Counted from the stretch's first letter, positions 1 to 12,614 are shown. The stretch: DNA of 64,000 bases from Mobula hypostoma (GCF_963921235.1 NC_086118.1:22260001-22324000), one strand, 5' to 3'. Notes: generated by a model from the letters alone, not told the origin. Translations and numbers: made by a program.

Positions 1-956
1 CATACAAATCTCATTAAGGTCTTTTTACTCTTGCAGCTTCTCAATAACCCTATGTTACCTCTTTATAATGATATGAATTCATTTTTTACCAACAGAGCAA
101 CGCCGCCCCCTCTGCCTTCCTGCCTGTCTTTTCAATACAACGTGTATCCTTGGATATAAAGCTCTCAGCTATAGTCTTCTTTTAGCCATGATTCAGTGAT
201 ACCCACAACATCATACCTGATAATCGGTAACTGTGCTGCATGTTAATCTACCTTATTCTGTACACTGCACACATTCAGATACAACACCTTCAGTCCTGTA
301 TGCACCCTTTTCAATTTTGTCTGCCTTTTACTGTGTGACTCATCCTGGTGACTGCAAGTTTTCCATATCAACCGCCTCTCCTCACTACGCATTGCCTCTG
401 TTTTCAAATCAGCTACATCATCTTCAGCACTATCATCCGCCTTTCCTACAGCACTTCTTGCATTGAAATATATGCAGCTCAGGACACTATTCACGACATG
501 TTCAAGCCTTCGATTCCAAACCTTGTCTGAGGTCTTAAGAACATCTGTTTCCACAAGCTCTCCATTAACTGTTCTGGCACTCTGGTTCCCATACCCCTGC
601 AACCCTAGTTTAAACCCCACCGTACAGCATTAACAAACCTTCCCACAAGGATATTCATCCCCCTCCAGTTCAGGTGCAAACTGTCCCTTCTGTACAGGTC
701 CCACCTTCCCTGGAAGAGAGCCCAATGTCCAAAAATCTTGTGCCCTCCCTCCGATACCAACTCCTTTGCCACATATTTAACTGTATAATCTTCTTAGCTC
801 TGGCCCCACTAGCACGTGGCACAGATAGAAATCCTGAGATCACAACCCTGGAGATCCTGCCCTTTAACTTAGCACCTAACTTCCTGAACACCCTATGCAG
901 AACCTCGTCACATGTCCTACCCATGTTATTGGTATCTACATGGACCACGACCACAA
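1..956 (-). mobile_element. CR1 LINE copy A: ORF1 esterase region and start of ORF2 endonuclease; outer host of the nest
   Basis: ORF 670..1017 contains VVVHVDTNN...RVVISGFLSVP (CR1 ORF1 SGNH-esterase-like). ORF 243..620 ends LKVLYLNVCSVQNKVD (APE N-terminus). Degraded. Confidence 0.8.
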
Positions 957-3166
957 GATAGAAACATAGAAATCCAACAGCACAATACAGGTCCTTTGGC
1001 CCACAATGCTGTGCCAAACATGTACTTACTTAGAAATTACCTAAGGTTACCCATAGCCCTCTATTTTTCTAAGCTCCATGTACCTATCCAGGAGTCTTTT
1101 AAAAGACCCTATCGTATCCCCCTCCACTTCCATCACCAGCAGCCCATTCCACACACTCATCACTCTTTGTGCCTCTTGTGTTAGCCATTTCAGCCCTGGG
1201 AAAAAGCCTCTGACTATGCACACGATCAATGCCTCTCACCATCTTGTACACCTCTAACAGGTCACCTCTCATCCTACGCCGCTCCAAGGAGAAAAGGCCG
1301 AGTTCACTTAACCTATTCTTATAAGACATGCTCCCCAATCCAGGCAACATCCTTGTAAATCTCCTCTGCACCCTTGCTATAGTTTCCACATCCTTCCTGT
1401 AGTGAGGTGAACAGAACTGAGCACAGTACTCCAAGTGGGGCCTGACCAGGGTCCTATATAGCTGCAACATTACCTCTCTGCTCCTAAACTCAATCCCACG
1501 ATTGATGAAGGCCAATGCACTGTATGCCTTCTTAACCACGAAGTCAACCTGTGCAACAGCTTTGAGTGTCCTATGGACTCGGACCCCAAGATCCCTCTGA
1601 TCCTCCACACTGCCAAGAGTCTTTCCATTAATACTATATTCTGCCATCATATTTAGCCTACCAAAATGAACCACCTCACACTTATCTGGGTTGAACTCTA
1701 TCTGCCACTTCTCAGCCCAGTTTTGCATCCTATCAATGTCCCACTGTAACCTCTGACAGCCTTCTACACTATCCACAACACCCACAACCTTTGTGTCATC
1801 AGCAAATTTACTAACCCATCCCTCCACTTCCTCATCCAGGTCATATATAAAATTCACGAAGAGAAGGGGTCCCAGAACAGATCCCTGATGCACACCACTG
1901 GTGACCGACCTCCATGCAGAATATGACCCGTCTACAACCACTCTTTGCCTTCTGAGAGCAAGCCAGTTCTGGATCCACAAAACAAGGTCCCCTTCGATCC
2001 CATGCCTCCTTACTTTCTCAATAAACCTTGCATGGGGTACCTTATCAAATGCCTTGCTGAAATCCATATACACTACATCTATTGCTCTACCTTCATCAAT
2101 GTGTTTAGTCACATCCTCAAAAAATTCAATCAGGCTCGTAAGGCACGACCTGCCTTTGATAAAGCCATGCTGACTATTCCTAATCATATTATTCCTCTCC
2201 AAATGTTGATAAATTCTGCCTCTCAGGATCTTTTCCATCAACTTACCAGCCACTGAAGTAAGACTCACTGGTCTATAATTTCCTCATCTATCTCTACTCC
2301 CTTTTTTAAATAAGGGAAAAACATCTGCAACCCTCCAATCCTCTGGAACCTCTCCCGTCCTCATTGATGATGCAAAGATCATTCCCAGAGGCTTAGCAAA
2401 ATCCTCCCTTGCCTCCCATAGAAGCCTGGGGTACATCTCGTCCGGTCCTGGAGACTTACCCAACTTGATGCTTTTCAGAAGTTCCAGCACATCCTTTTCC
2501 CTAATATCTATATGCTCAAGCTTTTCCATCCGCTGTAAGTCATCCATACAATCGCCAAGTTCTTTTTCGTAGTGAATACTGAAGCAAAGTATTCATTGAG
2601 TATCTCTACTATCTCCCCCGGTTCCTTTCACACTTTTCCACTGTCACACTTGATTGGTCCTATTCTCTCATATCTTATCCTTTTGCTCTTCACATACTTG
2701 TAGAATGCCTTGGGGTTCTCCTTAATCCTGTCTGCCAAGGCCTCCTCATGGCCCCTTCTGGCTCTCCTAATTTCATTCTTAAGCTCCTTCCTGCTAGCTT
2801 TATAATCTTCTAGATCTCTATCATCACCTAGTTTTTTGAACCTTTCATAAGCTTTTCTTTTCTTCTTGACTAGATTTTCAACAGCCTTTGTACACCACGG
2901 TTCCTATACCCTACCATCCTTTCCCTGTCTCATTGGATCGTATCTATGCAGAACGCCACACAAATATCTCCTGAACATTTGTCACATTTCTGCTGTACAT
3001 TTCCCAGGGAACATCTGTTCCCAATTTATGCTTCCAAGTTCCTGCCTGATAGTTTCATATTTCCCCTAATTCCAACTACGGTAAATACTTTTTTCAATTG
3101 TCTGTTCCTATCCCTCTCCCACTGAGAGGCCTGACACCTGACCAGGTTCATTTCCCAATACCAGAT
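957..3166 (-). mobile_element. CR1 LINE copy B, 3' part (RT pseudogene and 3' tail)
   Basis: ORF 1099..2268 has YMDFSKAFDKVPH, QGSVLGPLLF, KFADDTK and RPHLEYC. ORF 2284..2547 has KSPGPDEMYPRLL. The AGAAACAT tail is at about 957-975. Confidence 0.92.
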
Positions 3167-5416
3167 AGAAACATAGAAACATAGAAAATAGGTGCAGGAG
3201 TAGGCCATTCGGCCCTTCGAGCCTGCACCGCCATTTATTATGATCATGGCTGATCATCCAACTCAGAACCCAGCCTTCCCTCCATACCCCCTGACCCCTG
3301 TAGCCACAAGGGCCATATCTAACTTCCTTTTAAACATAGCTAATGAACTGGCCTCAACAGTTTGCTGTGGCAGAGAATTCCACAGATTCACCACTCTCTG
3401 TGTGAAGAAGTTTTTCCTAACCTCGGTCCTAAAAGGCTTCCCCTCTATCCTCAAACTGTGACCCCTCGTTCTAGACCTCCCCAACATCGGGAACAATCTT
3501 CCTGCATCTAGCCTGTCCAATCCCTTTAGGATCTTATACGTTTCAATCAGATCCCCCCTCAATCTTCTAAATTCCAACGAGTACAAGCCCAGTTCATCCA
3601 GTCTTTCTTCATATGAAAGACCTGCCATCCCAGGAATCAATCTGGTGAACCTTCTTTGTACTCCCTCTATGGCAAAGATGTCTTTCCTCAGATTAGGGGA
3701 CCAAAACTGCACACAATACTCCAGGTGTGGTCTCACCAAGGCCTTGTACAACTGCAGTAGTACCTCCCTGCTCCTGTACTCGAATCCTCTCGCTATAAAT
3801 GCCAGCATACCGTTCGCCTTTTTCACCGCCTGCTGTACCTGCATGCCCACTTTCAATGACTGGTGTATAATGACACCCAGGTCTCGTTGCACCTCCCCTT
3901 TTCCTAATCGGCCACCATTCAGATAATAATCTGTTTTCCTATTTTTGCCACCAAAGTGGATAACTTCACATTTATCCACATTAAATTGCATCTGCCATGA
4001 GTTTGCCCACTCACCCAACCTATCCAAGTCACCCTGCATCCTCTTAGCATCCTCCTCACTGCTAACACTGCCACCCAGCTTCGTGTCATCCGCAAACTTG
4101 GAGATGCTGCATTTAATTCCCTCATCCAAGTCATTAATATATATTGTAAACAACTGGGGTCCCAGCACTGAGCCTTGCGGTACCCCACTAGTCACCGCCT
4201 GCCATTCTGAAAAGGTCCCGTTTATTCCCACTCTTTGCTTCCTGTCTGCTAACCAATTCTCCACCCACACCAATACCTTACCCCCAATACCGTGTGCTTT
4301 AAGTTTGCACACTAATCTCCTATGTGGGACCTTGTCAAAAGCCTTTTGAAAATCCAAATATACCACATCCACTGGTTCTCCCCTATCCACTCTACTAGTT
4401 ACATCCTCAAAAAATTCTATGAGATTCGTCAGACATGATTTTCCTTTCACAAATCCATGCTGACTTTGTCCGATCATTTCACCGCTTTCCAAATGTGCTG
4501 TTATCACATCCTTGATAACTGACTCCAGCAGTTTCCCCACCACCGACGTTAGGCTAACCGGCCTATAATTCCCCGGTTTCTCTCTCCCTCCTTTTTTAAA
4601 AAGTGGGGTTACATTAGCCACCCTCCAATCCTCAGGAACTAGTCCAGAATCTAACGAGTTTTGAAAAATTATCACTAATGCATCCACTATTTCTTGGGCC
4701 ACTTCCTTAAGCACTCTGGGATGCAGACCATCTGGCCCTGGGGATTTATCTGCCTTCAATCCCTTCAATTTACCTAACACCACTTCCCTACTAACATGTA
4801 TTTCGCTCAGTTCCTCCATCTCACTGGACCCTCTGTCCCTTACTATTTCTGGAAGATTATTTATGTCCTCCTTAGTGAAGACAGAACCAAAGTAATTATT
4901 CAATTGGTCTGCCATGTCCTTGCTCCCCATAATCAATTCACCTGTTTCTGTTTGCAGGGGACCTACATTTGTCTTTATCAGTCTTTTCCTTTTTACATAT
5001 CTATAAAAGCTTTTACAGTCCGTTTTTATGTTCTCTGCCAGTTTTCTCTCATAATCTTTTTTCCCCTTCCTAATTAAGCCCTTTGTCCTCCTCTGCTGAA
5101 CTCTGAATTTCTCCCAGTCCTCAGGTGAGCCACTTTCTCTGGCTAATTTGTATGCTACTTCTTTGGAATTGATGCTATCCCTAATTTCTCTTGTCAGCCA
5201 CGGGTGCACTACCTTCCTTGATTTATTCTTTTGCCAAACTGGGATGAACAATTGTTGTAGTTCATCCATGCAACCTTTAAATGCCTGCCATTGCATATCC
5301 ACCGTCAATCCTTGAAGTGTCATTTGCCAGTCTATCTTAGCTAATTCATGTCTCATACCTTCAAAGTTACCCCTCTTTAAGTTCAGAACCTTTGTTTCGA
5401 AGAAGGAAATTTTCGA
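3167..5416 (-). mobile_element. Young 5'-truncated CR1 LINE copy C inserted into copy B
   Basis: (AGAAACAT)n tail at 3167-3186. AGAT is duplicated at 3163-3166 and 5417-5420. The flanks rejoin to match the uninterrupted CR1 sequence at about 60130-60190. Confidence 0.93.
3263..5356 (-). CDS. CR1 ORF2 reverse transcriptase, N-terminally truncated (no endonuclease domain), frame uninterrupted
   Basis: 697-aa frame with KSPGPDGLHPRVL, NYRPVSLTSVVGKLLE, YLDFQKAFDKVPH, GVPQGSVLGPQLF, KFADDTK and TRGH...FFTQRVVNLWNSLP. The frame stays open upstream to about 5397. Confidence 0.9.
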   Translation of the reverse strand: MRHELAKIDWQMTLQGLTVDMQWQAFKGCMDELQQLFIPVWQKNKSRKVVHPWLTREIRDSINSKEVAYKLARESGSPEDWEKFRVQQRRTKGLIRKGKKDYERKLAENIKTDCKSFYRYVKRKRLIKTNVGPLQTETGELIMGSKDMADQLNNYFGSVFTKEDINNLPEIVRDRGSSEMEELSEIHVSREVVLGKLKGLKADKSPGPDGLHPRVLKEVAQEIVDALVIIFQNSLDSGLVPEDWRVANVTPLFKKGGREKPGNYRPVSLTSVVGKLLESVIKDVITAHLESGEMIGQSQHGFVKGKSCLTNLIEFFEDVTSRVDRGEPVDVVYLDFQKAFDKVPHRRLVCKLKAHGIGGKVLVWVENWLADRKQRVGINGTFSEWQAVTSGVPQGSVLGPQLFTIYINDLDEGIKCSISKFADDTKLGGSVSSEEDAKRMQGDLDRLGEWANSWQMQFNVDKCEVIHFGGKNRKTDYYLNGGRLGKGEVQRDLGVIIHQSLKVGMQVQQAVKKANGMLAFIARGFEYRSREVLLQLYKALVRPHLEYCVQFWSPNLRKDIFAIEGVQRRFTRLIPGMAGLSYEERLDELGLYSLEFRRLRGDLIETYKILKGLDRLDAGRLFPMLGRSRTRGHSLRIEGKPFRTEVRKNFFTQRVVNLWNSLPQQTVEASSLAMFKRKLDMALVATGVRGYGGKAGF

Positions 5417-7166
5417 AGATCAAGTGCAGCCTCTCCTCTTGTAGGCTTATCTACATATTGTGTCACAAAACCTTCCTGAACACACCTAACAATCTCCACT
5501 CATCTGAACCCCTTGCTCTAGAGAGTTGCCAATCGATATTTGGGAAAATCTCCCACCATGACAACTCTCTTATTAATACATCTTTCCAGAATCTGTCTCC
5601 CTATCTGCTCCTCTATGTCCCTGTTAGTATTGGGTGGTCTATAAAAAACACCCAGTAGAGTTTTTGACCCCTTCCTGTTTCGAATTTACACCCACAGTGA
5701 ATCAGTAGACAATCCCCTTCATGACTTCCTCCTTTTCTGTCGCTGTGACACTATCTGCGATCAGCAGTGCCACGCCCCCACCTCTTTTGCCTCCCTCCCC
5801 ATCCTTTCTGAAACATTTATAGACAGGCACTCTAAAGTAAGCATTCCTGTCACTGAACCATTCAAGTCTTTGTAATGGCCACAACATTATCACTCCAAGT
5901 ACTGATCCAGGCTCTAACCTAATCCGCTTTGTTCATGATGCTTCTTGCATTAAAATAGACACATCCCCAACCATTGGTCTGAATGCATCCCTTCTCTATC
6001 ACCTGCCTATTCTCCCCCTCACACTGTTTCCAAACTTTCTCTATTTGTGAGCCAACAGCCCCTTCCTCTGTCTCTAGGTTTGGCTCCCACACCCTAGCAA
6101 TTCCAGTTTAAACTCTCCCCAGTAGCCTTAGCCTCGGATTCAAGTGCAACCCGTCCTTTTTGTACAGGCCAGCCTGCCCCAAAAGAGGTCCCAATGATCC
6201 AGAAATCCGAATCGCGGCCCCCTGCTCCAATCCCTCAGCCACACATTTATCCTCCATCTCACTCTATTCCTATACTCACTGTCGCGTGGCATAGGCTATA
6301 ATCCTGAGATTACTAGCTTTGAGGTCCTGCTTCTCAACTTCCTTCCTAATTCGCTGTAGTCTGTTTTCAGGACCTCCTCCCTTTTCCTACCTGTGTCGTT
6401 GGCACCAATATGTACCACGACCTCTGGCTGTTCACCTTCCCACTTCAGGATATTGTGGGCGCGATCAGAAGCATCCCGGACCCTGGCACCCGGGAGGCAA
6501 ACTACCATCCGCGTTTCTTTCCTGCACCTATAGAATTGCCTGTCTGACCCTCTAATTGTAGAGTCCCCTATTACTACTGCCTCCTTCTTTTCCCTACCTT
6601 TCTGAGCCACAGGGGCAGACTCTGTGTCAGAGCCGCTGCCACTGTTGCTTGCCCCAGGTAGGCCATCGCCCCCCCACAAGTACTCAAACATGAGTACTTA
6701 TCGTTAAGTGGGACAGCCGCAGGGATTCTCTCTTGTATCTGAGTCTTACCCTTCCCTCTCCTGACTGTCAGCCACTTATGTCTCCCGAGGCCCCGGTGTA
6801 ACTATTTGCCCATAGCTTCCCTCTATCAGCTCCTCACTCTCCCTGACCAGATGAGGTCATCGAGCTGCAGCTCCAGTTCCCTAAACTGGTCCCCAAGGAG
6901 CTGCAACTGGACGCACCTGGTGCAGATGTGGCCTTCCAGGAGTTTGAGAGTCTCCCGGACTTCCCACATCTGACACCCAGTACAGAACACCGGCCTCACA
7001 GACACACTTACCTGGCCTTGACCTGTTATCACCGAAGCCCTGTTGAAGCAAAGCCCTCCTACTCTGTCTCCCTCTACTCTTTCACCTGCTCTGTAAAGCT
7101 CTCTCCTTTCAAACTTCACGCCGGTCTAACTTGCTGACGTCCGCGCGCTTGCTCATCCGTCCCTCG
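5417..7166 (-). mobile_element. CR1 LINE copy B, 5' part (endonuclease remnant, ORF1, 5' end)
   Basis: 5702..5893 has KRGGGVALLI (APE). 6296..6691 has VVIGDSTIRG...CLPGARV...VVVHIGAND (esterase). 6826..7119 has CxxC...CxxC plus a coiled-coil stretch (ORF1 N-terminus). Confidence 0.88.
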
Positions 7167-9045
7167 ATTCACTCACCCTCCTCTTAAGAATGCTGAGGAC
7201 TCAATCTGAGATATGCAGAATTGTATCCAAAGTGCTATACCTGCTGTTGAAGGGGATGGCCACAGGGGTACTCTGCACTGGCTCCTTAACTCCTTTTCCC
7301 TTCCTGACTGTCACCCAGTCTCCTGAATCCTGAACCTTGGAAGTAACTAAAACTCTACATATTCTACTATCAACGCCTCTGCCTCCAGGATTATCTGGAG
7401 TTCATCCAGTTCCAGTTCCAACTACTTAACGTGGTTTGTTAGAAGCTACAGCTGGATGCACTTCTCCCAGTTGTCAGCAACACTGGAGGTCCCCTTGCCT
7501 TCCCACATCCTGCAAAAGGATCATTCAGCTATCCTGCCTGACATCTCTCCAGTCTTAGCTGAGCAGATATAAAGAAGGGAAGGGAAAAAGAAAAACTTGA
7601 GCTTTCCGTTACTTCGGTTTCTTTGACTGAAGCCTCTCTTTGCAGATAGGTCGAAGAGCGAAAGCCTCAAGACCACCGCTCTGACTCTGTCCACTCAGAT
7701 GATGGCCACTGCGCTTCCCCTGCCTTCCTTTAATTTGCTCTGTCTCAACGACAAATGGTTTCTGGTCAAAGTGTCATAAGGCGGTGGCTAGGAACGGACC
7801 CAAGTGCAAGACACAGACACTGAAGTACTAGGGACAGGACTAGGATACAGGCTGAGGGCAAGGACATGGACACGAAAATCGGGAACCCGGGACAGGACTG
7901 GACAAGAGAGCTAGGAGCCCGGGCTTGGACTCTGAGCCAGAGACTGGACAAAGACCCAGTACCTGGGTCTTGCCTCTGGCTCGGACCCCAGAACTAGGCA
8001 AGGACGAGACTTGGCAGGCAGGCAGGACGAGACTGGAGTCTTCAGGCCTGAGGCTAGAGACGAGGCTTGGCAGGAGGCAGGAGGCTGGAGCATTCAGGCT
8101 TGAGGCTAGAGGCTAGAGGCTAGAGACTTGAGGCGAGGCTTGGCAGGAGGCAGGAGGCTGGAGTCTTCAGGCTTGAGGCTTGGTAGGAGGCTGGAATCTT
8201 CAGGCTTGGGGCTAGGCAGGCTCCTCCTGGGCAGGGCGCGGTTCACCTGGGCAGGGCGCGGTACTCCTGGGCAGGGCGCGGATCACCACCCGACAGAGGC
8301 AAGAGTCAGGAAGGGACAGAACCAACTGCAGGTAACGGCAATACAGCCTGGCTTACCCAACAGAGGCAGGTGACAGAAAGGGACAGAACCAACCGTAGGT
8401 AACAGCAAGACGGCCTGGCTTACCCGACGGAGGCAACGGACAGGAAGGGACAGAACCAACCACAGGTAACGGCAAGACAGCCTGGCTACCCGACAGAGGC
8501 AAGGGACAGGAAGGGAGCTAGGTACGGAGTGGCTCCAGGACAAGACAGCAAGACAAGGCAAGGCTTCAGGCAATGCAAGGCAAGACAGAACTTCAGGTGA
8601 GGCGAGAGTTACTGGCAAAACAAGACAGGGCTTCAGGCCTTGCAAGGCAAAATGAAAACTTCAGGTGAGGCGAGAGTTACCAGCAAGGCTTCAGGTGAGG
8701 AAACAGAAAGCAGAGGAAGGGATGCAAGGAGTAAGGACAAGAACAATCCAGCAGCCACACCCTGGTCTCTGAAGGTATTTATGCAGCCAGCCCCAACGAG
8801 CATCAGCTGCCTCAATCAGAGCTCAACAAGAACAGAAACAGGGTAGACAGGAAAACCTGGAGCAAGGGTCGATGGACCGGACCACGAACCAGAATACGGA
8901 CTTCACGGACCGGACCACGACACAAAACTCTTTTTTGCTATTGCAACCCACAGCTACCCTTTGTACCTGGGCAGTGGACCTAATTGAAATCCCCTCCTCT
9001 CAATACTTCCAATGCCCGGATTGGCCCTGGTCAAAGCTCTTTTTG
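7167..9045 (-). mobile_element. CR1 copy A continuation (ORF1 N-terminus and 5' UTR), interrupted by a solo LTR
   Basis: Sequence at about 7167-7220 resumes homology to 6425-6480, where 1-956 stopped. 7380-7540 resembles 6830-6990 and the reverse complement of 13560-13730. Confidence 0.65.
7772..8922 (-). mobile_element. Solo LTR with internal tandem arrays
   Basis: TGTCA...CGACA termini and a 5-bp TSD CAAAG/CAAAA. Both ends resemble the LTR at 55444-55839 in reverse orientation. TATA-like CATAAATA on the minus strand near 8775-8783. Confidence 0.75.
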
Positions 9046-11948
9046 CAGAACTATTTTCGAAAGATATAAACAGGAACTTTGATTAGTTAAGAGCAGAACA
9101 TTAAACATAAAGAAAGGTGCTATAGAAATAGTAGAATATTAAACAAATCAACAGCATATAATACAACTTATGGATCAGCGTGAAACATACAAGTATTTGG
9201 GTTATCAACAAGCAAAGAAAATAGACTATACTGCTACATAAGGAAAACTTTCAAAAGTATTTACTTCAAGGCTTAAGAAAATCTGCCTAACAGAGCTCGA
9301 TAGTAAAAATATACAAAGGCACTAAACACTTTCATTATACCCATATTAGCATATTCTTTTGGCATAATATCTTGGTCCATTACCGATCTGGAAAACTTAC
9401 AAAGAAAATAAGAATTGAAATGTCAAATTTTAGGAAACACTATCCAAGCTCGAAAACGTTTAGGTTAACACTACCTGGGACTGAAGGAGGAAGAGGAATA
9501 ACAGTCATAAAAGGTTTACACAACATTCAGATAAAACTTTTAAGGAGATATTTTCATCAACAAAAACAGAATTCTGCACTCCATGTGAGCGTATGAAGTT
9601 CTGATATGACATAACACACCACTAAATTTAAATGAAAGCACAACCCAGAAAAATGAAGATATTATCAACATAGAAGGAAAAGCTAAGCAATGGAAGAACA
9701 TGGCCATTTGTGGAAGACATCCCCATGATCTGGGCAGATTAGATGTTGGCAAATGCCTGGCTCAGAGTTGGAGACCTCTTCCCAGATACAGATCAGTTTC
9801 TTCTGGCAATACAGGACCAGGTAGGTAACACAAATAAATATCAGAAATAAAAGGGAATAAATTCTAGAAGATAAATGCTGAAAATACCAAAAGAAACCAG
9901 AAACAAGCCAACACATTACAGGATCCTCCAGTAGTTTAACTCAATCTGATTACCTAGACAGACAGAATTAAGTGGCAAATATCACTCACCAAAATCTTGT
10001 TTTAAAACACAATCTCATAAAAGACCCATACTCAATAAAGACAAGCCTGATCGAGTTTTAGAGGCAGAGTCCCACAAGTTATATTACGACTGATACATTC
10101 TTACCGATAGAATAATCTACTATAACCATCCGGATATAATATTACAGGATAAACAAGCATGACCAACCTACTTAATAGATACAGCCATTCCAGACAGAAA
10201 TCCATAAGTGAAAAACACCAGAAATATGCTGAATTAAAAGAGGAAATTGAAAGACTATGGAACATGAACAAGGTATATACATAGTTCCAATAGTAATATC
10301 TACAACTGGTATCATCCCAAAACCACTACACAATATGATGACATTGTCTCAGAGAACCAATGTGGTTTCAGATCTAACAGAGGGACTGTGGACATGATCT
10401 TTGGTGTCAGACACATCCAGAAGAGCCAGGAACAGAACCAGAATCTCTACATCCTCTTTGTGGATCTGACAAAGGCATTTGATACCATCAGTCGCACAGG
10501 CCTTTGGCACATCGTTGTCAAGCATTGTCAGGTCATTCCATGATGGCATGATGGCCAGGGTCATCAAAAACAGCTGCACCTCTGACCCCTTCCTAGTAAC
10601 GAACGTTGTCAAGCAGGGCTGCGTCCTCATGCCTACTCTGTTCAGCCGGCTGTTTGCCATGATGCTGTTCTCTGATCTTTCACAGACTGATGCGAGAATA
10701 ACAATTCACTATAGGACTGATGGACACTTCATTGATCTATGACGCCTCACACCAAGACCAAAGCACTGGAAGCAATAGTACGAGACTTGCTCTTTGCAGA
10801 TGACCGCACTCTTGCAGCGCACAGTGAAAGGGACCTGCAGGAACTGATGACTGCCTCACTGTGGCAGCAAGGAAAATTGTCCTAACCATCAGCCTGCAGA
10901 AGACAACAGTTTGACTTCAGCCTATACTCCATACAAACCTTGCAGAACTATGAATTGAGATTGAAGGCACACAGCTCAACAATGTTGACATCTTCACCTA
11001 CCTGGAAAGCTGCCTCACCTCCTCCTGCAGTCTAGATTGAGAGGTCTCAAACAGACTTGGAAAAGCTGGGGCATTCTTTGTCAGGCTATGGACATGTGTG
11101 TGAGGGCAATGTGGCATCCGGCTGAAGACCAAGATGGCAGTCGTCCTGACTTCTCTGCTGTATGGCTGTGAAACATGGACCCCACACCAGAGGCACATCA
11201 AGATGCTTGACCGGTTCCACCTGCGCTGCCTTCGCAAGATCATGGGCATCTCGTGGCAAGACAGAGTCCCCACCACAGAAGTGTTACGAAGGGCCGAGAG
11301 CTCTGGTACAGAGACACAGATCATGAAGGCTCAACTTCGATGTGTTGGACATGTGGTTGGGATAGAAGACAACAGTCTTCCAAAGGTGGTATTCCTCTCC
11401 GAGCTGGCACATGACAGCAGGAAGCAGGGAGGCCCCACAAAGCGCTAGAGAGACTGCGTGATAGCGTCTTTGAAGGCATGCAGTTCCCCTGTGACTTGTT
11501 GGAAGGCCTTGGTGAAAGACTGCAACGCTTGGCGCCTAGCAGTCTACAAAGACATCAGCACATCCGAAGAGCAGTGGCTGAAGGACCTTGATCAAAAGCA
11601 CCAGGACTGCAAGGAGAGATGACCCGACCCTTCAATGGCCATAATGTGCCCGACCTGCGGGCGCACCTGTGCTTCCCAGTTCGGGATTCACTCTCATCAG
11701 CGGCGTCACTGATGTCATCATCGTTCCCGACGGACTTCCAGAAAGCCACGAAAGCATTACAAAATTAGGCCTGCACAACAATATTTAAGTAAATCTTCAG
11801 AAAGCCGCAACACTAAACACAACTAGAATATTCCCTAAGTTCCTAGCAATTGAGAAATGAGTGTGCTTGGCTATGCCTGTGCCTCAGGTTTTAGCAGCTT
11901 GAGCTGAGAAAAAACTAAAAGTTCAATAATAATAATTATATTATTATA
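9046..11948 (+). mobile_element. R4/Dong-like RLE non-LTR retrotransposon, 5'-truncated and degraded, interrupted by an RTE
   Basis: Frameshifted translation gives YKYLGY, RLTLPxxEGGRG, VANITHQ, NHPDIILQDK, YLIDTAI, KYAELKEEIERLW and VPIVISTTGIIPK. (TAA)n-like tail at 11926-11947. Candidate TSD CAGAACTAT at 9046-9054 and 11949-11957. Confidence 0.8.
10336..11752 (+). mobile_element. RTE-clade (BovB-like) LINE, 5'-truncated RT pseudogene
   Basis: Motifs ENQCGFR, FVDLTKAFD, IVRSFHDGMMARV, VKQGCVLMPTLF, DLLFADD and LLYGCETWT...FHLRCLRKI. It splits the Dong sequence CACTACACAAT|AGCATT, which is intact in the copy near 35270-35290. Confidence 0.87.
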
Positions 11949-12328
11949 CAGAACTATAAAGCATTTGCTTCTGTCCCATACTCATGGTTAATGGAAGGTT
12001 TTAGTCTATTTAAACTACACCCTATAATTGTGAAATTCCTACCACACCTGATGAAGCATTAGTGTACTATAAACACCCAGTCTATTAAAACCCAAAAAGT
12101 AACATCCACTGTGATCATAATAAACAAACATTTTTCAGCGTGACTCTCTGAGCCCACTATGGCTGAGTCTAGCTTTAAACCTGCTCTCTGATTTACTGAA
12201 TTGGATGAAAATAGGGTATCAAATCAGAAACAACCAAACAAATCATATCTTGATACACCTTCTATATCTTGGGTGATTTGAAGTTATATGCTCTTGCGTC
12301 TGTAATTCTGAAGCAATTAATTCATGTA

Positions 12329-12455
12329 GCAGAACTATTTTTAAAAGATATAAATATAAACTTTAGACTAGATGAGTGCAGAATATTAAAATAAAGAAAG
12401 GTACAATCAAGCTAGTAGACTATAAACATGCAATGCAACTGATGGATGGATATAG
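12329..12455 (+). mobile_element. Short R4/Dong-like RT fragment
   Basis: Aligns by eye to 9045-9170. Confidence 0.55.
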
Positions 12456-12475
12456 ATATGAATTTGAATTAAGGT

Positions 12476-12512
12476 AGTTCTGACGAAGGGTCTCGGCCTG
12501 AAACGTTGACTG
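12476..12512 (+). ncRNA. Minimal type-I hammerhead ribozyme motif (GUU cleavage triplet)
   Basis: AGTT-CTGACGA-AGGGTCTCGGCCT-GAAAC-GTT-GACT: conserved core, short stem II, palindromic ACGT stem III, stem I AGTT/GACT. Confidence 0.65.
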
Positions 12513-12609
12513 TACCTCTTCCTAGAGATGCTGCCTGGCCTGCTGCATTCACCAGCAACTTTTATGTGTGTTGCTTGAATTTCCAGCATCTGCAGAATTC
12601 CTGTTGTTT
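12476..12609 (+). mobile_element. PLE terminal-repeat fragment starting at the hammerhead motif
   Basis: Matches the 3' end of the PLE at 28142-28247. AAGGT is duplicated at 12471-12475 and 12610-12614. Confidence 0.85.
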
Positions 12610-12614
12610 AAGGT

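Noticed and set aside
7766..8846. Cluster of overlapping 60-120 aa ORFs
   Set aside because: These are low-complexity translations of tandem arrays inside an LTR.
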